From assembly GCA_964455485.1 (NCBI GenBank), contig CAYVXT010000003.1, positions 1 to 41,298 of the forward strand: a DNA stretch of 41,298 bases, given 5' to 3'. The notes beneath the pieces were generated by a model that had not been told where the DNA came from, did not search any database, and was given only the letters and a program-made list of their open reading frames with translations. Below are positions 8,543 through 16,389 of the stretch, one piece after another (positions within the stretch are counted from its first letter, which is position 1; each line of letters starts with the position of its first letter). The stretch comes from an uncultured Candidatus Saccharibacteria bacterium. Its GTDB lineage: Bacteria > Patescibacteriota > Minisyncoccia > Phycocordibacterales > WO2-35-19. The position numbers were made by a program, and so were the translations under genes.

Positions 8543-8566
8543 AAAAACTGCTGCAAAGCAGTTTTT
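8543..8566 (+). terminator. Hairpin plus T-run after tRNA-Tyr
   Basis: AAAAACTGC-TGCAAA-GCAGTTTTTT. Confidence 0.6.
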
Positions 8567-8575
8567 TCTTACCTT

Positions 8576-8811
8576 TGCTCCGGGAGGAAAAGCGTGGGAC
8601 GCTTTTCCGTCAGGATTCGAACGACGGAGAGGGACCCGCTTTAGCAAAAGCGGGAGCGAGTCGGTGCCCAGACCAAAAAAGTTTTGACGAAAACTTTTTG
8701 AGTCGAGGGTGAGCTTGGGGTGGGACCCAAGCGCAAGACTTATTGAGACTGAACAAAGTGAGGTCCAATAAGTAGACAGCTTCTGTAAGAAGAAATTCCT
8801 GCCCGGCGCAC
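8576..8811 (+). ncRNA. TEC-Tyr-L: long tRNA-end-capped structured RNA (group-I-intron-like core?)
   Basis: 5' TGCTCCGGG pairs with 3' CCCGGCGCA. CAGGATTCGAAC (8611-8622) is the reverse complement of GTTCGAATCCTG in tRNA-Tyr. Three hairpins have compensated stems relative to the 39.1-kb copy. The last 15 nt (8797-8811) are identical to tRNA-Tyr 8523-8537. Confidence 0.65.
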
Positions 8812-8850
8812 AGGAAAAAATCGCATTGGCGGTTTTTCTTGTGCGCCGGG
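8802..8850 (+). repeat. Long inverted repeat using the duplicated tRNA-Tyr acceptor strand
   Basis: CCCGGCGCACAGGAAAAAATCGC-ATTG-GCGGTTTTTCTTGTGCGCCGGG. Confidence 0.6.
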
Positions 8851-8927
8851 CGAGTAGCTTCGATGATCAAATCGAAGCGTTACATAGGATTCGAAAGGTG
8901 GAAGAAATTTTTCAGCAGAAAAATTTC
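8848..8927 (+). ncRNA. TEC-2: 3'-truncated short element
   Basis: Hairpin GCTTCGAT-GATCAA-ATCGAAGC, then ATAGGATTCGAAAGGTGG, then hairpin AAATTTTTC-AGCA-GAAAAATTT. This matches the layout of TEC-Asn-S (38160-38291) but lacks the 3' tRNA-like end. Confidence 0.45.
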
Positions 8928-8951
8928 CTAAAAAATTGCTATAATAATAAA

Positions 8952-9620
8952 ATGGAGGAACTACCAAGCAATAATCAAGATAATTTGCCCGTGTCTGAAG
9001 AATGGGAAGGTAATGACACCTTTAATAATTCTGAAAATAATAACGACAACTACGCTGAGAGTTATAATACTGCAGATTATGCCAATAAACTTTCAGAACA
9101 TCTTCTTGGTCTAAAAACCAATGACCCTAAAATAGTAGAGAGGCTTATAGAGGACCAAAATATAATAAGAGCTAAATATAATCTGCCTCCACGCAAAGCT
9201 ATTTCAAATTTACCAGAATATGAACGCTTATTGAGAAATATTGCCCAATCTATTGGTGTCTCGATAAAAGAAAAATCAGAGTGTGGAAAATTTTTTGAAG
9301 AAAACTCAGTAGGAGGAGTTCATTTCGAAAATGACAATAAAATAGGAGTTAACATAAACAAGAATACAAAACAAAGTTATACCAATAGTTTAAACTCTCT
9401 TGAACATGAACTAATCCATGCTTTACAACATCACTTTTCCCCCAGAATGCCAATTGAACTTATGGAATACGAGGCATATATTGCCGGTGGTAATAATGAA
9501 TTCTTAAGAGAAAGTCCAGAAGGAGTTGAAGTGGTTTTTAGTGATCTAATCGGTGCCTCCATAAGATGGTGGTATTCACAAGAGAGCAAAAATAAAGGCG
9601 AAACAAATTCACCTGACTGA
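8952..9620 (+). CDS. Hypothetical protein with an HExxH zinc-metallopeptidase-like motif
   Basis: Start moved to MEELPSNN, because the upstream part of the tracked ORF covers TEC RNA. The motif LEHELIHALQH is present. The N-terminus is low-complexity and rich in N/D/E. Confidence 0.6.
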   Translation: MEELPSNNQDNLPVSEEWEGNDTFNNSENNNDNYAESYNTADYANKLSEHLLGLKTNDPKIVERLIEDQNIIRAKYNLPPRKAISNLPEYERLLRNIAQSIGVSIKEKSECGKFFEENSVGGVHFENDNKIGVNINKNTKQSYTNSLNSLEHELIHALQHHFSPRMPIELMEYEAYIAGGNNEFLRESPEGVEVVFSDLIGASIRWWYSQESKNKGETNSPD

Positions 9621-9682
9621 CTATCACCACCTGAACACTGATATATTCGGTAAATGTAGATTGACCCAACTTTTCATCAACT

Positions 9683-9748
9683 CAGTTCTAACGTGATCCA
9701 GTGCCCCACACCAAAATAAAAAACATGTTTTGGAATAAATTCCTGCCC
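9683..9748 (+). repeat. Degenerate or deleted TEC copy at the left edge of the GC-rich island
   Basis: CAGTTCTAAC (9683-9692) resembles the AAGTTCTAAC junction motif. AAATTCCTGCCC (9737-9748) is identical to the last core nucleotides plus the start of the tRNA-Tyr copy in TEC-Tyr-L (8793-8804). Confidence 0.5.
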
Positions 9749-9808
9749 TCTAAAATCTTGTTTTAATTGAAGTTCAGAATAGCTAAACACCCTTATTTTT
9801 AGGTCCCC

Positions 9809-9837
9809 TTTACACCCATTGACTTTTAGTGTATAAT
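9809..9837 (+). promoter_or_regulatory. Promoter TTTACA-N17-TATAAT for the 9871 cassette
   Basis: TTTACA at 9809-9814 and TATAAT at 9832-9837. AAGGAG lies 7 nt before the ATG. Confidence 0.6.
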
Positions 9838-9870
9838 TTGCTATTCTTATCTTAGAAAAGGAGCATACAC

Positions 9871-10371
9871 ATGACGACACTTCAGGTGTGGAAGAAGGTC
9901 CCGACGATCAAAGGTGCCTCCAGAATGAAAGAGTTGATTGCGATTGTAGGAAAAAGCTGTGTCATCAGACCGGCAGCACGAGAGTTGTGCGAGCGAGTAG
10001 AGGAAAAATTCTCGCTTCCAGCCGGCGACACCAGCGTAGCTCTTCTCTCGATGGCGGATCTTGGCTTCAGCCAGGGTGTGCCATTCTACGAGTTCTACGA
10101 TCGCGCTGCGGAACAGGGCTACCAACTCTGCACTCCCGAAGTGGGATTGCTGATCAGGAAAGCCTTCAGTAAAGGAGAGCAGCACTCCCGTCCCGACCGC
10201 AGTTTCCGTTGCATTTATGTGGCAATGGAACCTGTCGAAATCGGTATCGGCGAAACCGCTGTCCTTTCGTTGGAAGTCACCGACACCGAAGCTGAATTAC
10301 GTGCGGCACGATGTATGCCGCAGACAGCTTTCGGACCGTCGGAGAAGTGGGCTTTCAAGGTTCCTGCTTAA
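9871..10371 (+). CDS. Hypothetical protein (GC-rich cassette)
   Basis: 166-aa ORF with a strong SD. No recognisable motif. Confidence 0.6.
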   Translation: MTTLQVWKKVPTIKGASRMKELIAIVGKSCVIRPAARELCERVEEKFSLPAGDTSVALLSMADLGFSQGVPFYEFYDRAAEQGYQLCTPEVGLLIRKAFSKGEQHSRPDRSFRCIYVAMEPVEIGIGETAVLSLEVTDTEAELRAARCMPQTAFGPSEKWAFKVPA

Positions 10372-10492
10372 GATCCTTAAACTGGGGCCAGTTTCGGCTG
10401 GCCCTCCTACCAGAGTTTTTCAGAAATGGAGAATTGCGGTGGGAGACTGCAAATCCCTAAATCTCAGATCTGTACTTTCAAAGGAGAAAGTC

Positions 10493-10840
10493 GTGAGCTT
10501 ACTTAGTCGATTGATCTACATGTATTTCCGCATCGCACTCTTCTTCGGAAGAGAGATGCACGTCTACAACGTGAGCAGCCGCTGGGGCTCGAGGACTGAC
10601 AGGATTCCGCATCGCTACAACGCGGCGTGGGAAATCCAGAAGGTTCTGGAGAAGAAGGGTTGGCCCCGCTGTGCGTTCTGTGGCTGGGTAACCAAGGAGT
10701 TCGACGAGCACCTCAAAACGGGCGAAGGATACTGCTACCAGCAGTCCATCGGCAACCCCGGAGTGCCGTGGGATCAGGAACCTGACCCACAGCTCTCCTA
10801 CGACAAGATGCCTGATCGGCTCCGTCACTGGCCGGCGTAG
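10493..10840 (+). CDS. Hypothetical Cys-containing protein (GC-rich cassette)
   Basis: The GTG start follows AAAGGAGAAAGTC. The in-frame upstream part of the tracked ORF lacks an SD. A CAFCGW motif is present. Confidence 0.5.
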   Translation: MSLLSRLIYMYFRIALFFGREMHVYNVSSRWGSRTDRIPHRYNAAWEIQKVLEKKGWPRCAFCGWVTKEFDEHLKTGEGYCYQQSIGNPGVPWDQEPDPQLSYDKMPDRLRHWPA

Positions 10841-10945
10841 AAGTTCTTTCTTGGGCGAGTCAGAAATGATTCGCCCTTCCATCAAAGTATTTTTCTTTAA
10901 GAATATTTTGATGGGAGTAAAATCCGAGTTCTTTAGGAGATGAAT

Positions 10946-11161
10946 ATGGCAAATTACGAAGTTTGGTATACGGAAATTCGATACCGTGACCAAACACGCA
11001 CCTGGATGACTTCTTCTGATCGAAAGTCGACTCCTTTCGAGGAGTCGAGCGATGAGAAAGCGAGAGAGATCGCAAAAGCGCTCATGAACGCGCCGAGCGA
11101 TGATCCTCTTGTAGACAGGAGAATTCCTATTAAGCTCGTGAAAGTCATTGAGATCATGTAA
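10946..11161 (+). CDS. Hypothetical small protein (GC-rich cassette)
   Basis: AGGAG lies 6 nt upstream of the second ATG. The ORF is about 71 aa. Confidence 0.5.
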   Translation: MANYEVWYTEIRYRDQTRTWMTSSDRKSTPFEESSDEKAREIAKALMNAPSDDPLVDRRIPIKLVKVIEIM

Positions 11162-11175
11162 AAAGGAGCAGGACA

Positions 11176-11616
11176 ATGAAGCAAACTCTTATTCTGACTT
11201 ACAATCGGGTTCAGGGGTTCGCTCCTGGCTCGCACGGCAATGATCGCGTTGTGATCCACAAGATCGACAAAGACGCTTTCACCGAAGAAAACTACGAGAA
11301 GGCGACAGCGGCACTCCGAGCTCAGGTTTCCGTGAGTAATCCACTCGAAACTGAAGCCTACGTGTATCTGGGTTATTCGGGAGGAGAAGAGCAATACTCC
11401 CACTTGCAACGCAGGGTATTCAGAGCAGCGACAGAAACCGTCCTGGCCTTGATAAAGGAAAGGGCCCGTATTCATATTGTTGGCTGCACCTGCTTCAGCA
11501 CCAGCAAGCGGGAGTTCACTGAAGCTAGTGGCTTTGACTACATTGAAAGCAAAGAGTGTGGTGGCCATCTGAAGCTCGGCAAAATTGTCAGTGAGATTCT
11601 CAAGACTACTGCTTAG
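11176..11616 (+). CDS. Hypothetical protein (GC-rich cassette)
   Basis: AAAGGAG SD, 146-aa ORF, followed by a terminator. Confidence 0.6.
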   Translation: MKQTLILTYNRVQGFAPGSHGNDRVVIHKIDKDAFTEENYEKATAALRAQVSVSNPLETEAYVYLGYSGGEEQYSHLQRRVFRAATETVLALIKERARIHIVGCTCFSTSKREFTEASGFDYIESKECGGHLKLGKIVSEILKTTA

Positions 11617-11624
11617 ATTTACAA

Positions 11625-11668
11625 CCGCCCACACCGGGACAAAATCCGGTGGAGGGCGGATTTTGTTT
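11625..11668 (+). terminator. Terminator of the 9871-11616 cassette operon
   Basis: CCGCCCACACCGG...CCGGTGGAGGGCGG followed by ATTTTGTTT. Confidence 0.7.
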
Positions 11669-11890
11669 ATTATACTGGCCGGTCACCGGCAAGTACGGGT
11701 TGTACATCGGACTCTCTGTCTGGACTGCGGGGTTATTCACCTGGTTCTGGGCAGTGCATCGGTCGTTTTGCATCACGAGAACAGCATAATGTTTTCGAAA
11801 CCGCTTTGGGAGTCGCTCGACCCTCGGGCGGCTTTCTTCATATCTGAATTATTATCAAACTAGTTCCAACGCTACACCGGACAATACACC

Positions 11891-12240
11891 AAAAAATAAA
11901 CCGCCATGTTGATGGCGGTTGCGAAAGGCGAGCGAGATGAAGTTCTTTGTCGGCCAACTACAATAAAAAGTTATAAAAATTTATATTTTAACTTTTCATT
12001 TTCATTAACCTGGTGTGGGTCTGCGCCCCTGCTATGTATGCTTACATAGTTTCGTTCAGCTTCGGCGCATTTGGGGTCTTAACCTTGTGTGCTGTTGGTA
12101 CGTCCATCGAACTAAGCTTTGCGATTAGGAAGGTCAATCCCAACCATACGTTCCTATTTCAAATCGGTCCTCACACACCACACTCGAGAGTTCTTTTCCT
12201 CTTTTCGTTCTTCTCTCGCCTTGACTCGTAAGAAGTCATT
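11891..12240 (-). ncRNA. Candidate non-coding transcript of about 350 nt, unassigned
   Basis: Minus-strand promoter TTGACT (12275-12270), N17, TATAAG (12252-12247). Minus-strand terminator AACCGCCATCAACATGGCGGTT plus TTATTTTTT near 11891-11920. No ORF above about 25 codons has an SD. Confidence 0.35.
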
Positions 12241-12336
12241 AATTTACTTATAACTTATTTTATATATAAAGTCAATCTAGTAAAGTAGTTTATACTTTTA
12301 AATATAATAAACTGAATAACTTTCGAACTGTTTTAT

Positions 12337-13995
12337 TTATTGCTGTTCGTCAGCACCTATGTCCCATGAGCCGCTTCGTGTTTGACCATCAATGTCGGTT
12401 GTAAATAGTCCTCCAACGCTATTGGTACCAAAATCTTTAGCACCAGCATCGCCTGCTTGGAGGTGATAGTCTTTTGCGCCCGCGTTAACAAATGTAAATG
12501 TTGTAGCACTTCTTGAGTTTGCACCTGGTGCGCCATTACCATCATCTTCTGCATTGTAGTTTGATGTGCCAGCAAATGTTCCTACAAAGCCTATGGTTGC
12601 TCCAGTCACTAAATGATTAACAACTTTGGTGCTTGTTACATCAGTCACAAAACCATAAGTACAGCCGGCAGAAGTATTATTATAATATTCGTCGGTGTCG
12701 GCAAGGTCAGTCGCAAAACATTGTCCAAAGTCATAAACCAAATTATTCCAAACTTTAACAGTCGCTCCAGCTAGTCCTGCTGGTCTATTATTTATTCCAA
12801 TTGTATTACCTTTTGTTCCAGTTAAAGTTACAATATTATTTGATATTCTACAGTCGACGTCGGCATAGTTTTGGTTTGCGTTTGAACATTTAATTCCAAT
12901 ATAACTATCTCCAGCGCTTCTGGTAATTTTAATTTGTATCCCTTCAATACGAAGATGTCCTGGTGTATTGTTATACAATGCATTTGTATTTGTAACTTCC
13001 AAGCGATATTTGTTTGTATCGTACTTACCAGTGGGGGAGTTAGAAAAGTGATTTGGGCTTTGTTCTCCAATTATCCAGAGGTAATTTGCAGCTGATGTGG
13101 TTTGATCAAATGGTGTTTGGTTTATAGCTGAAGTATCAGCGACTGATCCTGAGGCATATATACGATAAGGGGTAGTTAGAGTAGCTGGTAGCAGGTTGAT
13201 TGCTTCGAGTAAGGTTGCGCATGCGCGAGTAGCTCCTGCTGTGTTGTTTGTAGTGCAATCTCCGCCCGCTGATGAGCTTGTATTTACGTATAATGTTGTG
13301 CCGGTAAAGGAGTCACCACCTGAGCTACCGCCCCCTCTAAAGGAAACTCTGCCACCGCTACTCGAGCCTCCTCTCACCGAAACTCTTCCTCCTCCAGCTC
13401 CTCCACCACGGATGCTTACTGATGAAAATAGTGGATCAAGGAGCCCATAACCATTTTTATTACCTATTGCTTCAATCCAAAACTCTCCTGATGAACTCTC
13501 AGGAAAGTATATTATTGCACGAAAATGCACAATATCATTTGGTTTGAGTTCAGTATTAAAATTATTTTTTGATTCAAATTCCTGAGGAATAGGTTTTTTA
13601 GATATTGCATGTTCGGCCTTACCTTCTTTAACTTCCAAGGCTTGCCAAGTACCGCTCACCATACGCTCTATTTTTAAAGCGCCCGATTTTAAATTTCTTG
13701 GAAAGTAAAGTTGGAAGTCAAAATTTTCAACAGTGGTACCGATATTTTGTGCTGAAAAATAAACTTCAGCATCAGAAATTCCAGAATAACTACCAGCATC
13801 TGATTTTATTATTACAGTTTCGTTTGTGTTTTCGTCTGTATTCTCAATTGTAGGAATTTCTGTCCTTTGGAATGTTAGATCTCTTTCAGTATTTTTACTA
13901 TTTTTAAAATTAAAATATAAAAAAACTAAAATTACTAAAATACCCAAACTTACCCAAACTATAAGATTTTTTTTAGAATTATTAGGACTATCCAT
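12337..13995 (-). CDS. Membrane-anchored surface protein with a Gly/Ser/Arg repeat and a beta-helix-like C-terminal half
   Basis: N-terminal TM helix. Tandem GGRVSVRGGSSSGG / RVSFRGGGSSGG. The C-terminal half is rich in N/T/G, typical of parallel beta-helix adhesin-like proteins. Confidence 0.7.
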   Translation of the reverse strand: MDSPNNSKKNLIVWVSLGILVILVFLYFNFKNSKNTERDLTFQRTEIPTIENTDENTNETVIIKSDAGSYSGISDAEVYFSAQNIGTTVENFDFQLYFPRNLKSGALKIERMVSGTWQALEVKEGKAEHAISKKPIPQEFESKNNFNTELKPNDIVHFRAIIYFPESSSGEFWIEAIGNKNGYGLLDPLFSSVSIRGGGAGGGRVSVRGGSSSGGRVSFRGGGSSGGDSFTGTTLYVNTSSSAGGDCTTNNTAGATRACATLLEAINLLPATLTTPYRIYASGSVADTSAINQTPFDQTTSAANYLWIIGEQSPNHFSNSPTGKYDTNKYRLEVTNTNALYNNTPGHLRIEGIQIKITRSAGDSYIGIKCSNANQNYADVDCRISNNIVTLTGTKGNTIGINNRPAGLAGATVKVWNNLVYDFGQCFATDLADTDEYYNNTSAGCTYGFVTDVTSTKVVNHLVTGATIGFVGTFAGTSNYNAEDDGNGAPGANSRSATTFTFVNAGAKDYHLQAGDAGAKDFGTNSVGGLFTTDIDGQTRSGSWDIGADEQQ

Positions 13996-14082
13996 AAGTT
14001 AGCTCTAATTTTACCTCATCAGTGCTACTTAGCAAATAAGGGGATGGGGCATATTTTGCGGTATATATATCCATGTACTAAA

Positions 14083-14541
14083 TCAATTTTCCAATGCTGA
14101 GTTCCAAAGAATTTTCTTGATTTTTCTAGTGCTGTCAAAAGTAAAATGATGCTCACAAATTTCTCCTGTTTTAGAATTATTGCTTATCGCTGTCTCGCCT
14201 CCTACAAAAAAACCGATGTGCTTGTGCATATGACCACCTCCAAAATCAGTTTTTTCCCAAACTAGCACACACCCTGTTTTTGGTTCATTTATTTCCACCC
14301 AGTCATTTTCAAGCATGTCGCGCACGGTTCCATCTACTGTAGCGTGCGGGCTTTTTATAAGTTTTGTTATCAAAAGTATGGAAGAAACATAAAAGGCACA
14401 TGAAAGGTTTCCATTTTCTGTAATGTCGGTTTTAACTCCGTCAACCGACATATAAAGGTTTTTAAATATTTTAGATCCAACACTGTTTTTTATAATGGAC
14501 TGATAAGTATTAAATGTTAAAATTTTATTCGTTTTTTCCAT
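14083..14541 (-). CDS. Putative papain-fold (NlpC/P60- or CHAP-like) cysteine hydrolase
   Basis: Candidate nucleophile in LSCAFYVSS and a downstream His in HKHIGFFVG. Confidence 0.45.
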   Translation of the reverse strand: MEKTNKILTFNTYQSIIKNSVGSKIFKNLYMSVDGVKTDITENGNLSCAFYVSSILLITKLIKSPHATVDGTVRDMLENDWVEINEPKTGCVLVWEKTDFGGGHMHKHIGFFVGGETAISNNSKTGEICEHHFTFDSTRKIKKILWNSALEN

Positions 14542-14609
14542 GTGGGTAGATCTATGATATATTAGTTTAATTGAATCATAATATCATAAGATACCAATCA
14601 TTTACCTAA

Positions 14610-15191
14610 ATGCCTGAATATGCTAATAATTTAAATAGGGAGGTTAAATTCGTGGACAATATTTTAGCCGTTCCGTACTCGTCGCAGTACTTGGACATAG
14701 ATGAAAAGATACATCTTCTAACAGCGTGCGGAATGACCTCGGTGTACATGGCACTGAGGTACTACGGGGTCTCGAATGGCGGCTTAGATAAGCTCGTCGA
14801 AAAGGGTGTAGGTGAGGGCGGATACAGTAAATCTGGTTGGGTCCATGACTACCTGGTTAAAGTCTTTGAGGACCATGGCGTGAGATGCACCAGAATGGAA
14901 CAGATGAGGGACCGAGACATTGAGATAATCTGGGAGTCGTTGAAGGAGAATAATCCCGTCGTGATCTCAATGCAAAGGTTTTCGTTTGATAGAAGGATTT
15001 TCCATATGGTCGTTGTAACTGGGTATAGGTGCAACGAAAGTGGAAAATTGGAAGGATTCTTTTATCATGATCCGGCCGGACTCAACCCTGACGAAGTAAC
15101 CAATTTGTTCGTTTCTATTCCTGTCTTTCTCCAGTACTGGAGGAAGATGGCTATTTTGCCAACTGGCAAAAATGCTCCGCAACCAAGCTAA
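14610..15191 (+). CDS. Peptidase C39-like domain protein
   Basis: Cys block LLTACGMTSVYMAL and His block FHMVVVTGY with C39-like spacing. Confidence 0.55.
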   Translation: MPEYANNLNREVKFVDNILAVPYSSQYLDIDEKIHLLTACGMTSVYMALRYYGVSNGGLDKLVEKGVGEGGYSKSGWVHDYLVKVFEDHGVRCTRMEQMRDRDIEIIWESLKENNPVVISMQRFSFDRRIFHMVVVTGYRCNESGKLEGFFYHDPAGLNPDEVTNLFVSIPVFLQYWRKMAILPTGKNAPQPS

Positions 15192-15216
15192 TAGGTGGCG
15201 GAGCTTTGTTAATTAT

Positions 15217-16047
15217 ATGAATCAATATTGTTTTTTAAATGGAAAGATTGTGCCAATGGAAGAAGCGAAAGTTTCTGTTTTAGACATAGGGCTTTTACGA
15301 GGATACGGTATTTATGAAGGTATTGCTGGGATTAAGGGTAAACCTTTCAGGTTCTCTGACCATTGGGACAGGTTTCTTTCAGGTGCTCATATACTAAATT
15401 TAAATGTACCAATTACTCATGATTCAGCAGAGAAAAAAATAATTGAACTTCTCGAGAAAAATGGACATACCGAGAGGGCTAATATTCGGATTATTCTTAC
15501 CGGGGGGAATACAATAAATGGTATTGAATTTGATTTTGAAAACCCAACCTTTTATATAGTTACTGAAAAATGGGAAAAGCTTAAAGATGAATATTATACT
15601 GAAGGCGCTAAGCTCATAACCCAAAGACACCTCCGTGAATTGCCCGAATATAAAACCATAAACTACATAAAGTCTGTTAATTTGCAGGATCATAGAAAAT
15701 CTGAAGGTGCAGCCGAAATACTATTCACATATGATGATCAGATATTAGAATGTGCAACTAGCAATATTTTTATTGTTAAAGATGGTGTTGTTATAACACC
15801 TGAGGAAGATATTTTGAAAGGTATTACACGAAAGGTGATAATTGAAATATGTAATGGCAAATACTCCATTGAAACCAGGCCCATAGATGAAGGGGAATTG
15901 AGGGTGGCCGATGAAGTATTTATAACTTCCTCATTTAAGGATATAGTGCCAATTGTCAAAATTGATGAGTTTGAGGTGGGGAATGGGGAGCCTGGGCCTA
16001 TCACAAAGGACCTTATGGCCACATTTGCTCAAATTTTAAAGATGTGA
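15217..16047 (+). CDS. Class IV aminotransferase (branched-chain or D-amino-acid type)
   Basis: Start set at MNQYCFLNGK. Contains the typical LNGKxVPxEEAKVSVxDxGxLRGYGxYE N-terminus and a class IV fold-length ORF. Confidence 0.8.
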   Translation: MNQYCFLNGKIVPMEEAKVSVLDIGLLRGYGIYEGIAGIKGKPFRFSDHWDRFLSGAHILNLNVPITHDSAEKKIIELLEKNGHTERANIRIILTGGNTINGIEFDFENPTFYIVTEKWEKLKDEYYTEGAKLITQRHLRELPEYKTINYIKSVNLQDHRKSEGAAEILFTYDDQILECATSNIFIVKDGVVITPEEDILKGITRKVIIEICNGKYSIETRPIDEGELRVADEVFITSSFKDIVPIVKIDEFEVGNGEPGPITKDLMATFAQILKM

Positions 16048-16170
16048 TATTCTAATCCAGTTAGAAAGTTTAAAAAGCGCCCGCCTTCGCTAAAGCTACG
16101 GACGGGCAAGCAGATTAAAAGTTTGCTATGGCTTTATAACTTTCAAACTTTTTAACTTTTAAACTCGATT

Positions 16171-16347
16171 ATGTCCCAAGATAATCTTATAGCGTTAGTA
16201 AATAAGAAAACTGGTACGGTCTATTTTACTCGTAAAAATAAGCGTAAAGTAGAGCGTAAAATTGAGCTCAAAAAATACGACAAAGCTCTTCGTAAAAGAG
16301 TTGTATTTACTGAGGCAAAACTCCCTCTAAAGAGGGTAAAAAAATAA
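16171..16347 (+). CDS. rpmG: 50S ribosomal protein L33
   Basis: 58-aa ORF absent from the track. YFTRKNKRKVERKIELKKYDKALRKRVVFTEAK matches the L33 signature (Y.T.KNKR....KLEL.K.D......V...E.K). Confidence 0.8.
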   Translation: MSQDNLIALVNKKTGTVYFTRKNKRKVERKIELKKYDKALRKRVVFTEAKLPLKRVKK

Positions 16348-16389
16348 TCCGCAGAATTTCGCTGAACTCACGCAAAAAAACGCAGAAGC

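Noticed and set aside
8576-8811. An ordinary tRNA gene interrupted by an intron in the T-loop.
   Set aside because: Between the acceptor-like strand and the T-stem-like strand there is only one hairpin, with a 4-8 nt loop. There is no D-arm and no 7-nt anticodon loop. In TEC-A the segment after the T-stem is the reverse complement of the T-loop, not a sense copy.
8826-8951. The N-terminal 42 codons of the tracked ORF 8826..9620.
   Set aside because: This part overlaps the TEC hairpins and TEC-2 and has no SD. The AT-rich coding region begins at the ATG at 8952.
10499-11634. Long minus-strand ORFs 10499..11176 and 10954..11634 (225 and 226 aa).
   Set aside because: They are antisense to four plus-strand ORFs that have SD sequences, tight spacing and a terminator. 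Long antisense ORFs are expected in GC-richer DNA.
12013-12231. Plus-strand ORF of 72 aa.
   Set aside because: It has a non-ATG start, no SD and an odd composition. It lies inside a promoter-to-terminator unit on the opposite strand.
12005-12235. 5S rRNA on the minus strand. CCCAAATGCGCCGAAGCTGAACGAAAC resembles the 5S loop C/helix III, and TTCGATGGACGTACC resembles GCGCCGATGGTAGT.
   Set aside because: The two motif-like strings are in the wrong order. The candidate terminal helix encloses about 190 nt rather than about 115. Helices IV and V cannot be drawn.
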